The notes under the pieces were generated by a model. The model saw only the letters and a program-made list of their open reading frames with translations, ran no database searches and had not been told where the DNA came from. From the NCBI GenBank assembly GCA_019058295.1, contig JAHPZI010000014.1:1-64000 (forward strand): a stretch of 64,000 nt of DNA, read 5' to 3'. Below, piece by piece: positions 38,662 to 48,483 of this stretch; the stretch's first letter is position 1; each line of letters opens with the position of its first letter. This DNA is from Promethearchaeota archaeon. Its GTDB lineage: Archaea; Asgardarchaeota; Lokiarchaeia; Sigyniarchaeales; SOKP01. Position numbers and translations under genes: made by a program.

Positions 38662-39633
38662 CTAATCGTCCTTTTTTCTCTCGAATTTCACATTGCTGAA
38701 TAGATCGTGAACAAGATCGTAGATCTGGAATTTATTATCAATTGCAGTCTTGGAAATTTCTTTTATCTCATCTGGACTAATTAGGCTTTCTAATACATTG
38801 TCAATCTTATAATAAAGCAATTCTCTCACCTTGTAAGCAAATCGATTTCTTTTTCTCTCTCTTAACAATTCTGAGAGTTCTAAATGTTCTTTATGTCCAT
38901 ATAAGTATTCTATTAATTCATCTATACCTTCCCCAGTTATTGAATTTGTCATCGCTACTGGGGGTCTCCAGCCACCTTGAAATGTTGAGTCATCAAGCAT
39001 CATATCTATATGAGCAGCTATATCAGCACCACCTAGATCTTTTTTATTAACATCATATATATCTCCTATTTCAATAATTCCCGCTTTCTGCATTTGAATA
39101 GCATCTCCATAACCTGGGACCATGACAACAATAATCGTATAGGCTAAATTATATATCTCAAATTCAGATTGCCCGACGCCTACCGTTTCGATAATAATGA
39201 AATCCATCCCAAATGCTTCGTATAATAATGTAATATCAAGCACAGCTCTTGAGATACCACCTCTATAACCTCTCGAAGCAAGACTTCTGATAAAGATATT
39301 GGGATCCAATGAAACTTCTGTCATCCTTACTCTATCTCCTAAAAATGCACCTCCACTGAAAGGAGAAGTTGGATCGACTGAGATTACACCGATAGATTTC
39401 CCTTCTTTCAGCAGCCTCTTAGCTATAGCTCCAGTTAAAGTACTTTTTCCAACACCTGGAGATCCTGTTATTCCTATAATGTAGGAATCATGTTTAATAT
39501 GATTAAAATTTTTAAAAATGTCTGAAGCTTTTTCAGGATGATTTTCTATAATAGAAATTAACCTTGCTAAAGCTATTTTATCTTTTTCTTTAAATTTTCC
39601 AATTAAAAGATCAATATCATACTCTCTTCTCAA
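38662..39633 (-). CDS. meaB: MeaB/ArgK GTPase (B12 mutase metallochaperone)
   Basis: GITGSPGVGKST, VDPTSPFSGGAFLGDRVRM, ETVGVGQSE and NKKD motifs. Confidence 0.92.
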   Translation of the reverse strand: MRREYDIDLLIGKFKEKDKIALARLISIIENHPEKASDIFKNFNHIKHDSYIIGITGSPGVGKSTLTGAIAKRLLKEGKSIGVISVDPTSPFSGGAFLGDRVRMTEVSLDPNIFIRSLASRGYRGGISRAVLDITLLYEAFGMDFIIIETVGVGQSEFEIYNLAYTIIVVMVPGYGDAIQMQKAGIIEIGDIYDVNKKDLGGADIAAHIDMMLDDSTFQGGWRPPVAMTNSITGEGIDELIEYLYGHKEHLELSELLRERKRNRFAYKVRELLYYKIDNVLESLISPDEIKEISKTAIDNKFQIYDLVHDLFSNVKFERKKDD

Positions 39634-39699
39634 ATAAATAAAACTCCAAAAATTTATTTCTTTATTGCTTAAATTGTTATTTTCAAAATCTATTTCTTA

Positions 39700-40098
39700 C
39701 TATTTCATAATATTTTCTTTAATAAATTCAACAACATCTTTAGTCATAGTGCCGGGACCATAAACATTAGCTACTCCCATTTTCTTTAACTCGGAAAAAT
39801 CCCTAGCAGGAATTACCCCTCCAACAAGTAACATATATTGGTCCTTAAGTCCTTTTTCTTCTATTAAGTCTAAAAGTCTCTTTACATATGCGAAATGTGC
39901 CCCTGAATGTATGCTTAAACCTATGACATCAACATCTTCTTGAATGGCAGATTCAACACATTGCTCAACATTCTGAAATCCACCAAATATAAGTTCCATC
40001 CCAGCATCTCGTAGCGCTCTTGAAATAACAATCCCTCCGCGCCAATGGCCATCAATTCCCGGTTTTGACATTAAAACCCTAATTTTTCCCTCTACCAT
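39700..40098 (-). CDS. Cobalamin-binding small subunit of acyl-CoA mutase
   Basis: KPGIDGHWRG (DxHxxG), DVIGLS.HSGAH, VGGVIP and GPGT motifs. Confidence 0.92.
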   Translation of the reverse strand: MVEGKIRVLMSKPGIDGHWRGGIVISRALRDAGMELIFGGFQNVEQCVESAIQEDVDVIGLSIHSGAHFAYVKRLLDLIEEKGLKDQYMLLVGGVIPARDFSELKKMGVANVYGPGTMTKDVVEFIKENIMK

Positions 40099-40116
40099 TG
40101 TAATAACCTCTAAATC

Positions 40117-41790
40117 TTAAATAGCTAATGGAGGATCCCAAATACCCCAAATTTCTCTGTAGATATCACAGATCTCGCCTACAGTCGCTCCTTCTTTAGT
40201 AGCTTCCATTATAACGGGCATTACATTTTCCTCTTTCTCGCACACCTTACGGAGATCGTCCAAAATTCTCTCTAATTTCGCATTATCTCTTCTTTCTTTA
40301 AGCTTTCTTATTCTTTCTTGTTCAATTTTTACAGCTTCTTTATTTGTTCTGAATACATCTGTAACTTCGTCATAGGGGACAGCATATTTATTGACACCTA
40401 ACATGATTTCTTCACCCTTCTCAATACGTGTTTGTCTACGGTGAAATGCATCTCTCATTTCCTTGTATAAAAATCCTGTAGATAGAGCCTTAGCAATCGT
40501 TCCTACTTTTTCTATTTTCTCAATATATTTCCATACTCTTTCCTCGATCTCATCAGTTAACCATTCAACATAATATGAACCGGCCAATGGATCAACAGTG
40601 TTTGTTATGCGAGTTTCGTCTGATAATACTTGTTGTGTCCTAAGCGCAATTAGAGCTGCCTCTTCTGAAGGCAAACAAATCGCTTCGTCATAGGAATTCG
40701 TGTGAAGGGATTGACATCCGCCTATTGTTGCTTCTAAACCTTGAATCGCAGTTCTTATTATATTAACCAAGGGTGTTTGTGCCGTTAAAGATGATCCAGC
40801 CGTTTGGATGTGAAAGCGAAAACCATGATTCCTTTCATCTTTTGACTCATATCTATCTGTCATTAATTTATACCAAATTCTTCTTGCTGCTCGAAATTTT
40901 GCAATTTCTTCAAAAAAATCCTTATGTGCTGCTAAATGAAAGGCAAGTCTGCCAACAAAATCATCAACTTTCCAACCCCTTTCAATAAGATTATCAATAT
41001 GGGAACAGGCACTTGCAAATACAAATCCTAATTCTTGGATGGCATCAATGCCCCCTTCACGATAATTATATCCCGTAAAATTTATCGGATGCCATTTAGG
41101 CACATTTTTCATTGCTACAGTCCATTCAATAAAATCACATGCTAAACGAAGTAGATGATCTGGTGCAACATTTTTATAAGGAATATATCCAACTGTCATA
41201 GTTAAAATATCATTTTGAGTCGTTCCCACCAGATTTTTAATGTCATATCCACGCATTTTTGCCATATTGAAATACATAGAACATACTGGAGCAGAAGTAA
41301 AAGGCTCCACAACTAAAGCAACACTTATCTTATCAATAGGGATATCTTCTGTAAGAGCAAATAAGCTATCAATACAATATAAAGGAACCCCTGATGTACC
41401 GACCTCTGGTGAACCATCTGGATTTGTTGGATCAATACCATTAAATGTTAAAGCATCAACAGCGGCACTGAATCCAGTTTCACCATTATCGTATAAAAAT
41501 TTCCATCGCTTATTGGTTTCTTCTGGGGTACCATGACCTGAAAACAATCTCATCGTCCATACACGACCTCTATACATAGTCGGATATATCCCACGTGTGT
41601 ATGGAGCACGTCCAGGAAAGTTGATCTTGTCTAAATAGTCGCCTTTTACATCTAATGGAGTATATAATCTTTTAATTGGAATTTCAGAGTCAGTTTCAAA
41701 TTTGCCATCTCGTTCCTTGCTATCTTTAAATTTTTCTTCCCATTCTAATTTTGCTTTACTTATTTTTTCTAAATATTCTTTTTCCCACAT
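40117..41790 (-). CDS. Acyl-CoA mutase large (substrate-binding) subunit, MCM/ICM family, atypical active site
   Basis: PYTRGIYPTMY, QNDIL, FFEEIAKFRAARR, GG.QSLHTNSYDEA and DPLAGSY motifs. Confidence 0.9.
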   Translation of the reverse strand: MWEKEYLEKISKAKLEWEEKFKDSKERDGKFETDSEIPIKRLYTPLDVKGDYLDKINFPGRAPYTRGIYPTMYRGRVWTMRLFSGHGTPEETNKRWKFLYDNGETGFSAAVDALTFNGIDPTNPDGSPEVGTSGVPLYCIDSLFALTEDIPIDKISVALVVEPFTSAPVCSMYFNMAKMRGYDIKNLVGTTQNDILTMTVGYIPYKNVAPDHLLRLACDFIEWTVAMKNVPKWHPINFTGYNYREGGIDAIQELGFVFASACSHIDNLIERGWKVDDFVGRLAFHLAAHKDFFEEIAKFRAARRIWYKLMTDRYESKDERNHGFRFHIQTAGSSLTAQTPLVNIIRTAIQGLEATIGGCQSLHTNSYDEAICLPSEEAALIALRTQQVLSDETRITNTVDPLAGSYYVEWLTDEIEERVWKYIEKIEKVGTIAKALSTGFLYKEMRDAFHRRQTRIEKGEEIMLGVNKYAVPYDEVTDVFRTNKEAVKIEQERIRKLKERRDNAKLERILDDLRKVCEKEENVMPVIMEATKEGATVGEICDIYREIWGIWDPPLAI

Positions 41791-41934
41791 AATATAATCT
41801 TTCCAATTGAGTATTATTCAAAATTTAATTTGATAAAATATAATTATAATAATAAACTAAAACATTTATTCTTTTAAGATAAATTATGTTTTAGAAAGTA
41901 ATCGAAGAAAATTATAGATAATTGAGGATTAATC

Positions 41935-43089
41935 ATGGATTTTAAGCTTACTCCTAAACAGGAAATGATACGCAAAATCACTCGTGAGTTTGCAGAGGAA
42001 TATATAGCTCCAATCGCAGAAGAGAGTGACCAGAACTCACAGTTAGATCCAAGAGTAATGAAAGAAATGAAAAGAATGGGTTATTTTGGTACTTGTGTTC
42101 CGAAGGAGTACGGGGGTGCGGGATTGGAAGATGATACTGTAAGTTTTTGCATTATCACTGAAGAAATTGGGCGCATTGACGCTTCTTGGTCGATTACAAC
42201 AGGTGTTCATGCCAGTGTTTGCGCTTATCCCATATATATATTTGGAACGGAAGAACAAAAGCAAGAGTTTTTAATTCCGCTTGCGAAGGGCGATAAATTG
42301 GGGGTTTTCGCCTTAACTGAAGCGAACGCCGGTTCTGATGCTCACGGTGTTGAAATGAACGCATATTTAGACGGAGATGAGTGGGTGTTAAATGGTAGTA
42401 AAATTTTTGCTACAAATGGTGGTATTGCTGAGGTTTTACTCGTAGTAACTAAAACTGGAGAAAAGGGAAAAAGACCAGAATTAACCATTTTTATCGTAGA
42501 TACAAACACACCAGGATATTCTGTAGGTGTCAGAGAAGATAAATTGGGCGTAAGAGCATCTAATACTTCAGAGCTAGTTTTTCAAGACGTCCGGATTCCT
42601 AAAGAAAATGTTTTAGGCGGCGTTGGACAAGGATTTCGATTAGGATTACAAATTCTTGATTATGGTCGAATTCTTATGGCCGCACAATGCGTTGGATTAG
42701 GACAAGCAGCACTCGAGGCTTCAATTAAATACGCAAATGAAAGAATACAATTTGGAAAGCCTATTGGACGATTCCAAGGTATTCAATGGAAAATTGCTGA
42801 TATGGGAGTTGCTGTCGAGTGTTCTCGATTATTAACCTATAAAGCAGCATGGATGCGCGATAATAATATCCCTTATGGATTGGTTAGTTCAATGGCAAAG
42901 CTTAAAGCCTCTGAAGCTGCAATGCAGGCAGCTCACGACGCTATTCAAATACATGGTGCTTATGGTTTGATGAAAGCTTATCCTGTTGAGCGTTATTTCA
43001 GAGATGCCAAGATGGCGGAGATATATGAAGGCACCAGCGAAATCCAAAGGATGGTAATCGCGAACCATTTATTAAGAATGACACTTTAA
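41935..43089 (+). CDS. Acyl-CoA dehydrogenase (short/branched-chain type)
   Basis: FALTEANAGSD, LNGSKIFATNG, R.QFGKPI and IYEGTSEIQR motifs. Confidence 0.92.
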   Translation: MDFKLTPKQEMIRKITREFAEEYIAPIAEESDQNSQLDPRVMKEMKRMGYFGTCVPKEYGGAGLEDDTVSFCIITEEIGRIDASWSITTGVHASVCAYPIYIFGTEEQKQEFLIPLAKGDKLGVFALTEANAGSDAHGVEMNAYLDGDEWVLNGSKIFATNGGIAEVLLVVTKTGEKGKRPELTIFIVDTNTPGYSVGVREDKLGVRASNTSELVFQDVRIPKENVLGGVGQGFRLGLQILDYGRILMAAQCVGLGQAALEASIKYANERIQFGKPIGRFQGIQWKIADMGVAVECSRLLTYKAAWMRDNNIPYGLVSSMAKLKASEAAMQAAHDAIQIHGAYGLMKAYPVERYFRDAKMAEIYEGTSEIQRMVIANHLLRMTL

Positions 43090-43199
43090 GAACTAATGAA
43101 ATAAAGAAAACTTTTGTGGGTTAGTATACATTAAAAATTTTCAAAAATGTAGAGAAGGCAAAACCCTTACTCATTCATCTAAAAAAAAAGAATTTAGGA

Positions 43200-44261
43200 C
43201 TATTGTACTAAATTAGAAACCCTTTTTATATATTTTTCTGCATCTTTCATGACAGATTCAATAATATCTGAAACGCTCTCAACGCTATTTATAATTCCAA
43301 TACTTTGACCTAAAAGAACTGCTCCATCTTGAATATTTCCAAAGTAAGCCAATTCGTATTTTTTTCCATCTTCTAATAGTTCTTCAATTGATGTCTGTGC
43401 TTCTTGAGCCATTTTTTCTTCTTTGCTAGCCACGAGATCATGATGTAAAGAATACTCATTTTTCCAGAGTCTAATTGGTCCAAAAGCTCCTGTAACTAAT
43501 ACTGTATCTTGAGCTTTTGCTGGGGGTACAACATTTTTATAATTTTCGTGGAATTCGCTTTCTTTTGAAGCGATGAATCTGGATCCCATCGCAATAGCTC
43601 CTGCACCTATAGATAAGGCGGCAGCTAATCCCTGACCAGTTGCAAATCCACCACATGCTACTACTGGAACATCAGGATATTTTTGAAGTACTTGTTGCAA
43701 CACGACTAATGAGCTTACTTTTTCATATGATTGATGTCCACCACCTTCACCTCCAGTTACAACCAATCCATCAACATTTGTAGCAACACATTTATCTGCA
43801 AGCCACAATGCGGGAGCTACATGAAAATGTTTAATATTTGAACCACTTTCCTTCAATGCCTTCCAGCTTTTACTCTGTGGAAGCATTCTTGACGATCCTG
43901 CACTAGTAACTGCATATATACATTGTTCTCTTAGTTTCGGATTTTCCATAATAAATTTAGGAATTTTTCTGCAAAATGCTGGGGCTTCAGGTTCCATTCG
44001 TGAAGTTCTGATATTAAAACCAAAAGGTTTATCAGTATGTTCAATTACTTGCATCATATTATCTTTCATTGTAGCAATAGCGCTTTTTCCAGCTGCCATT
44101 TCGGTAACCATTTCGGTATGGCTTAATACTCCAAGCCCCCCAGCTTCAGATACGGCAATCGTTAATGCTGTTGTGTAAAAGGGGCCCATTGGAGCGGCAA
44201 TTATTGGATGTTTAATCCCTAACATTTCAGTTATATCTGTTTTAATTACCATAAAAATCAT
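43200..44261 (-). CDS. Nitronate monooxygenase/FabK-like flavoprotein
   Basis: VSEAGGLG, GGEGGGH, VVACGG and AMGSRF...ES motifs. Confidence 0.85.
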   Translation of the reverse strand: MIFMVIKTDITEMLGIKHPIIAAPMGPFYTTALTIAVSEAGGLGVLSHTEMVTEMAAGKSAIATMKDNMMQVIEHTDKPFGFNIRTSRMEPEAPAFCRKIPKFIMENPKLREQCIYAVTSAGSSRMLPQSKSWKALKESGSNIKHFHVAPALWLADKCVATNVDGLVVTGGEGGGHQSYEKVSSLVVLQQVLQKYPDVPVVACGGFATGQGLAAALSIGAGAIAMGSRFIASKESEFHENYKNVVPPAKAQDTVLVTGAFGPIRLWKNEYSLHHDLVASKEEKMAQEAQTSIEELLEDGKKYELAYFGNIQDGAVLLGQSIGIINSVESVSDIIESVMKDAEKYIKRVSNLVQ

Positions 44262-44438
44262 TTATAATTTTTAATTAATTAATTTACATAGGTTTTCTAA
44301 CAATAAAAAGTATGTATAAATCTTATATTGAATTCCTTGCAAGAACCAATAATTTGTTAAAATAATTCACGGATAAAAAATATTTAAAATTATTAATATT
44401 ATAAAGTTTAACAAGTTTTAACCTAAAATGTTTAAAAA

Positions 44439-45248
44439 ATGAAGATTTTCGTCTGTATTAAACAAGTACCCGGCATATCAGAAGTTAAAATTGATCCAAA
44501 AACTAATACTTTGATAAGAGAGGGAATACCATCGATCATCAATCCGATGGACAAAAACGGAATCGAGCTGGCTTTAAAGATAAAAGAAGAACGTGGAGCT
44601 GAAGTAATAGCGATCAGCATGGGGCCACCTCAAGCAGAAAAAGCATTACGGGAAGCGCTTGCTATGGGCGTTGATAGAGCCTTCCTTTTAACCGATAAAG
44701 CATTTGCAGGGGCGGATACATTAGCTACTTCACATGCTCTAGCATTATCTATTAAAAAAATATTGAATGATTCAAAAAAGGGTGAGAAATATATTGTAAT
44801 TTGTGGAACCCAAGCGATTGATGGGGATACGGCACAAGTGGGTCCTGAATTGGCAGAAGAACTAGATATTCCACAAATAACATACGTTCAAAAATTCGAA
44901 TTAAAAGACGGTGATAATATTGTTGCTGAGAGAGTGTTTAGAACTGAAGAAATTGTAGTTATTGAAACCAAATTACCAGTGTTAATCTCTGTTTTAAAAG
45001 AAATTAATACGCCTAGGTATCCTACGATGTCTGGAATTGTAGACGCATATGAACAAAATGAAGTAAGTAAATTAGATGCTAAGGCGTTAAACGCAGATAA
45101 TGCATTTATTGGATTAACAGGTTCACAAACAGAAGTCTGGAAAATTTTTGTTCCTAAACGAAAAGGGGAACATATTAAATTAACTGGAACTATGGAAGAG
45201 ATATCTCGAGAACTTTGTCAAAAATTAAAGGAAGATAAAATATTTTAA
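44439..45248 (+). CDS. etfB: Electron transfer flavoprotein beta subunit
   Basis: CIKQVP, SMGPP, AGADTLATS and QAIDGDTAQVGP motifs. Confidence 0.95.
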   Translation: MKIFVCIKQVPGISEVKIDPKTNTLIREGIPSIINPMDKNGIELALKIKEERGAEVIAISMGPPQAEKALREALAMGVDRAFLLTDKAFAGADTLATSHALALSIKKILNDSKKGEKYIVICGTQAIDGDTAQVGPELAEELDIPQITYVQKFELKDGDNIVAERVFRTEEIVVIETKLPVLISVLKEINTPRYPTMSGIVDAYEQNEVSKLDAKALNADNAFIGLTGSQTEVWKIFVPKRKGEHIKLTGTMEEISRELCQKLKEDKIF

Positions 45249-45680
45249 AAGAAGATCAAAATCCATATATATAAGAATTAAAAATAAAGGAATTAAATCA
45301 GAGGAAGACAAATTAGCTAAATATGCGTTTAAATTTGTTGAGGAGGGGCACTTACCTGAACATGTAGTAAAAAAGCATCCAAGACATGAAGTATATAAAT
45401 TATCAGAGAAAAGAATTGGATTGAATAACAAAATCTTTAAGTAATCTCCAAAAAAGTTGTTAAAATTACATAATAAATGACAATATTTACATTAATTTCT
45501 CTATAATATTTATGAATAGCGATAATTAAGTAATTATTGAGTACTCTTATTTCTTATACTAAATTTACAAATTCTTGATTTTCTTATTAAATTACCTTAT
45601 TTTTCAAAATTTTTACAACAAAATTGTTAAATACTTTGTTGTCAAGAATATTAATTAATAAAAATTTTTGATGAAATTTT

Positions 45681-48266
45681 ATGAAAAAAAAAAGCGAATT
45701 GAAACTAATTATATTAATCTTAGGATTGATTTTCGCTATATCAACCATTAGCAACCAAAATTTTAGCAATGAGCAAGAGACTATTGACGACGATAGCGCG
45801 GAAATTCAAGACGAGACTAATTTAAAACATCCAAAAAATTCGGGTTTTTGGCAAGAAACCTTTATTCATGTTGATAATAATTGGACAGACACTCTTGCAA
45901 AACCATGGTGTAATGAAAAAAATGGTTATTATGTAATTGAAAATGTGACGATTGACGCTGGGGGATTAAGTATCGGGATTTTAATCGAAAACACGAGAGA
46001 ATTGTTTGAGATTCGGAACTGCTCAATATCTAACGCCAAAATTGGAATTAAAATTCTAAATTCCACCAATTTCAAAATAATCAATACCATTATTTATAAT
46101 CTCAACGGATTAGATGGAGATAATGGTGTCTATAGTGCTAGTCAGGATGGAGAGAATGGAACAAATGGAACGGAAGCTATTGGGATTTTCTTGAGTAATT
46201 GTACCGAAGGTATCATTTTATTGACAAACATGACAGACATTTCAGGAGGAAAAGCTGGGTCTGGAGCAAATGGAGGAGATGGAGAGGTTGGTCATATTAT
46301 GGGGTATATTGGAGGAAATGGAAGTAAGGGAGGTATTAGTGCTGGGATGTTATTAAATCAAACTAATAACATCTTAATTAAGCATGTTAATATTTCGAAT
46401 ATTGTAGGTGGTGCTGGTGGTGCTGGTGGTGCAGGTGGTGCTGGGGATAATGGCGTTGCTGGTGGTGCTGGCGGTGATGGCAGCAATGGTGGTGCTGGTG
46501 GTGCTGGCGGTAATGGCGGTATGGGAGGATTAGCTACAGGAATTTATCTTATTGATTCAAAAAATATTACAATTAAAAAAAATAGCATTTTAAACATCAC
46601 AAGCGGAAATGGCGATGTTGGTGGAAATGGTGGTATGGGTGGTGCTGGTGGGGACGGTGGTACTGGTGGCGGTACTGGTGGTGAAGGTGGTGCAGGTGGT
46701 GCAGGCGGTAATAGCGGTATGGGAGGGTTAGCCTCATGTATTTATCTTGCGGATTCAACAAATAATACAATTAAGAAAAACAACATTACATTCATCATAG
46801 GTGGCAATGGTGGTGCTGGCGGCTGGGGCGGCTGGGGCGGTGAGGGCGGTGAGGGCGGTACTGGTGGAGGTGTTGGTGGTTATGGTGGTGCTGGTGGTGC
46901 AGGCAGTTATGGCGGTATGGGAGGGTTATCCTCAGGTATTTATCTTGCAGATTCAACAAATAATACAATTAATGAAAATTTTATTTCAAACATCACAAGT
47001 GGCAATGGTGGTTATGGTGGTGCTGGCGGCTGGGGTGGTAATGGCGGTATTGACGATGGTGGTGCTGGACCCTGGGATTCTGATGGTGGATGGGGTGGTG
47101 ATGGTGGTGATGGCGGTATGGGAGGATTATCCTCAGGTATTTATCTTACTGATTCAACAAATAATACAATCAAGGAAAATATCATTTCAAACATCGAAAG
47201 TGGCAAAGGTGGTATAGGACTTGCTGGCGGTAATGGCGGTTTGGGCGGTTTTGTTGGTTCCGGCCTTGATGGTGATGATGGAAGTGTTTTTTTGCCTCAT
47301 GGATTTATTCTAGAAAATTCAAATAACAGTTTAAGCTATTTAAATTTAATTTATTGTGGCAATAATGTTGATAATGGGATGTACAATCGATGGGATAATG
47401 GACACATTGGAAATTATTGGATCAATTATAATGGAAGTGACGTTAACCCACAAGATGGAATTGGGGATGTTTATTATTATCTTAACGGTACTGCTGATTC
47501 ATACGATACAAAACCATTTGTATGTTCATTAGATGGAGATATTGATTCTGATGGGTTAATAAATCTTGAAGAATTTATTTTCGGAGTTGATGGATATATT
47601 ACTAAAGTATATAATCACGATTCAGATTACGACTGTTTATCAGATTATTGGGAGTGGAAAAATGGAACGAATCCTTTAATGGAGGATACGGACGGCGATT
47701 CATATCTTGATGGTATGGAAGTGTTTATGAATACCGATCCTAATGATCCCGCTTCATATCCTGGAAATGAACTCTATATCGATATAATCGAAGAGTTATT
47801 TACATTGGATGAATTTAATATTACCATTTTTATTCACGACTGGAATAATCAAGGAATTATCGGGGTGAATTTTATTGCTTGGTGGAATGGAAGTTTACTT
47901 CTTCCAGGAAATATTATTCCAATAGGCGGAGGCCATTATGAGATAACTTTAACGCCAATACTAGTAATTCCTGAAAATGACCCAATTCTATTAAACATGA
48001 CTATTTCGGCTATAGGGTATACGGATAAATATTATGAATTATATCTTGCTGTTGATCCAGAAGCTGTTAATATAACACCTGCATCAAAACCATCTCCGCC
48101 AGGCGAAGCGGTGGGTGACGGTGATGATAGTGACGATAATGATGGTGCTCATGGTGATGATGATTTATTACTAATTATTGGTGTTGCATCTGCTATATCT
48201 GCTATCGGTGCTGTTGCTGTGATTTCCGCAATATTGATTAATAAGCGATTAAAATTTAAACGTTAA
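45681..48266 (+). CDS. Glycine-rich NosD/beta-helix surface protein with Ca-binding DxDxD repeats and C-terminal anchor
   Basis: Signal peptide; YYVIENVTID; repeated GIYLxDSxNNTI strands alternating with (GGx)n; WDNGHIGNYW; DIDSDGL/DTDGD; Pro/Asp linker, TM and basic tail. Confidence 0.8.
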   Translation: MKKKSELKLIILILGLIFAISTISNQNFSNEQETIDDDSAEIQDETNLKHPKNSGFWQETFIHVDNNWTDTLAKPWCNEKNGYYVIENVTIDAGGLSIGILIENTRELFEIRNCSISNAKIGIKILNSTNFKIINTIIYNLNGLDGDNGVYSASQDGENGTNGTEAIGIFLSNCTEGIILLTNMTDISGGKAGSGANGGDGEVGHIMGYIGGNGSKGGISAGMLLNQTNNILIKHVNISNIVGGAGGAGGAGGAGDNGVAGGAGGDGSNGGAGGAGGNGGMGGLATGIYLIDSKNITIKKNSILNITSGNGDVGGNGGMGGAGGDGGTGGGTGGEGGAGGAGGNSGMGGLASCIYLADSTNNTIKKNNITFIIGGNGGAGGWGGWGGEGGEGGTGGGVGGYGGAGGAGSYGGMGGLSSGIYLADSTNNTINENFISNITSGNGGYGGAGGWGGNGGIDDGGAGPWDSDGGWGGDGGDGGMGGLSSGIYLTDSTNNTIKENIISNIESGKGGIGLAGGNGGLGGFVGSGLDGDDGSVFLPHGFILENSNNSLSYLNLIYCGNNVDNGMYNRWDNGHIGNYWINYNGSDVNPQDGIGDVYYYLNGTADSYDTKPFVCSLDGDIDSDGLINLEEFIFGVDGYITKVYNHDSDYDCLSDYWEWKNGTNPLMEDTDGDSYLDGMEVFMNTDPNDPASYPGNELYIDIIEELFTLDEFNITIFIHDWNNQGIIGVNFIAWWNGSLLLPGNIIPIGGGHYEITLTPILVIPENDPILLNMTISAIGYTDKYYELYLAVDPEAVNITPASKPSPPGEAVGDGDDSDDNDGAHGDDDLLLIIGVASAISAIGAVAVISAILINKRLKFKR
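46246..47280 (+). repeat. Coding low-complexity (ggtggtgct)n tracts within ~198-bp tandem modules
   Basis: gcggtatgggagg(a/g)tta...atttatctt recurs at ~46516, ~46714, ~46912 and ~47113. Confidence 0.8.
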
Positions 48267-48483
48267 TATTAAATTAAAAATTAATAAATTTTTTTTTCCA
48301 TTCTATTTCTCATTTCTATTATATATTATAGAACAAGTATATGAATAATTTATGAAAAAAATATACTATAATTAATATTAAATTTAATTTCTCTTTTTCC
48401 AAATTGTTTTTTATGTTTTTACTCTTTATATTATTATCCTTGTGTAATATTTATTTTGAAGTAAATAAAAATTCGATACAAAA

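Noticed and set aside
45225-45769. Minus-strand ORFs 45225-45431 and 45587-45769
   Set aside because: Shadow ORFs without motifs; the plus strand carries the coding-like signal.
46801-47217. 138-aa Val/Ala/Met-rich ORF
   Set aside because: Alternate-frame shadow of the (ggt)n Gly codons in the surface protein.
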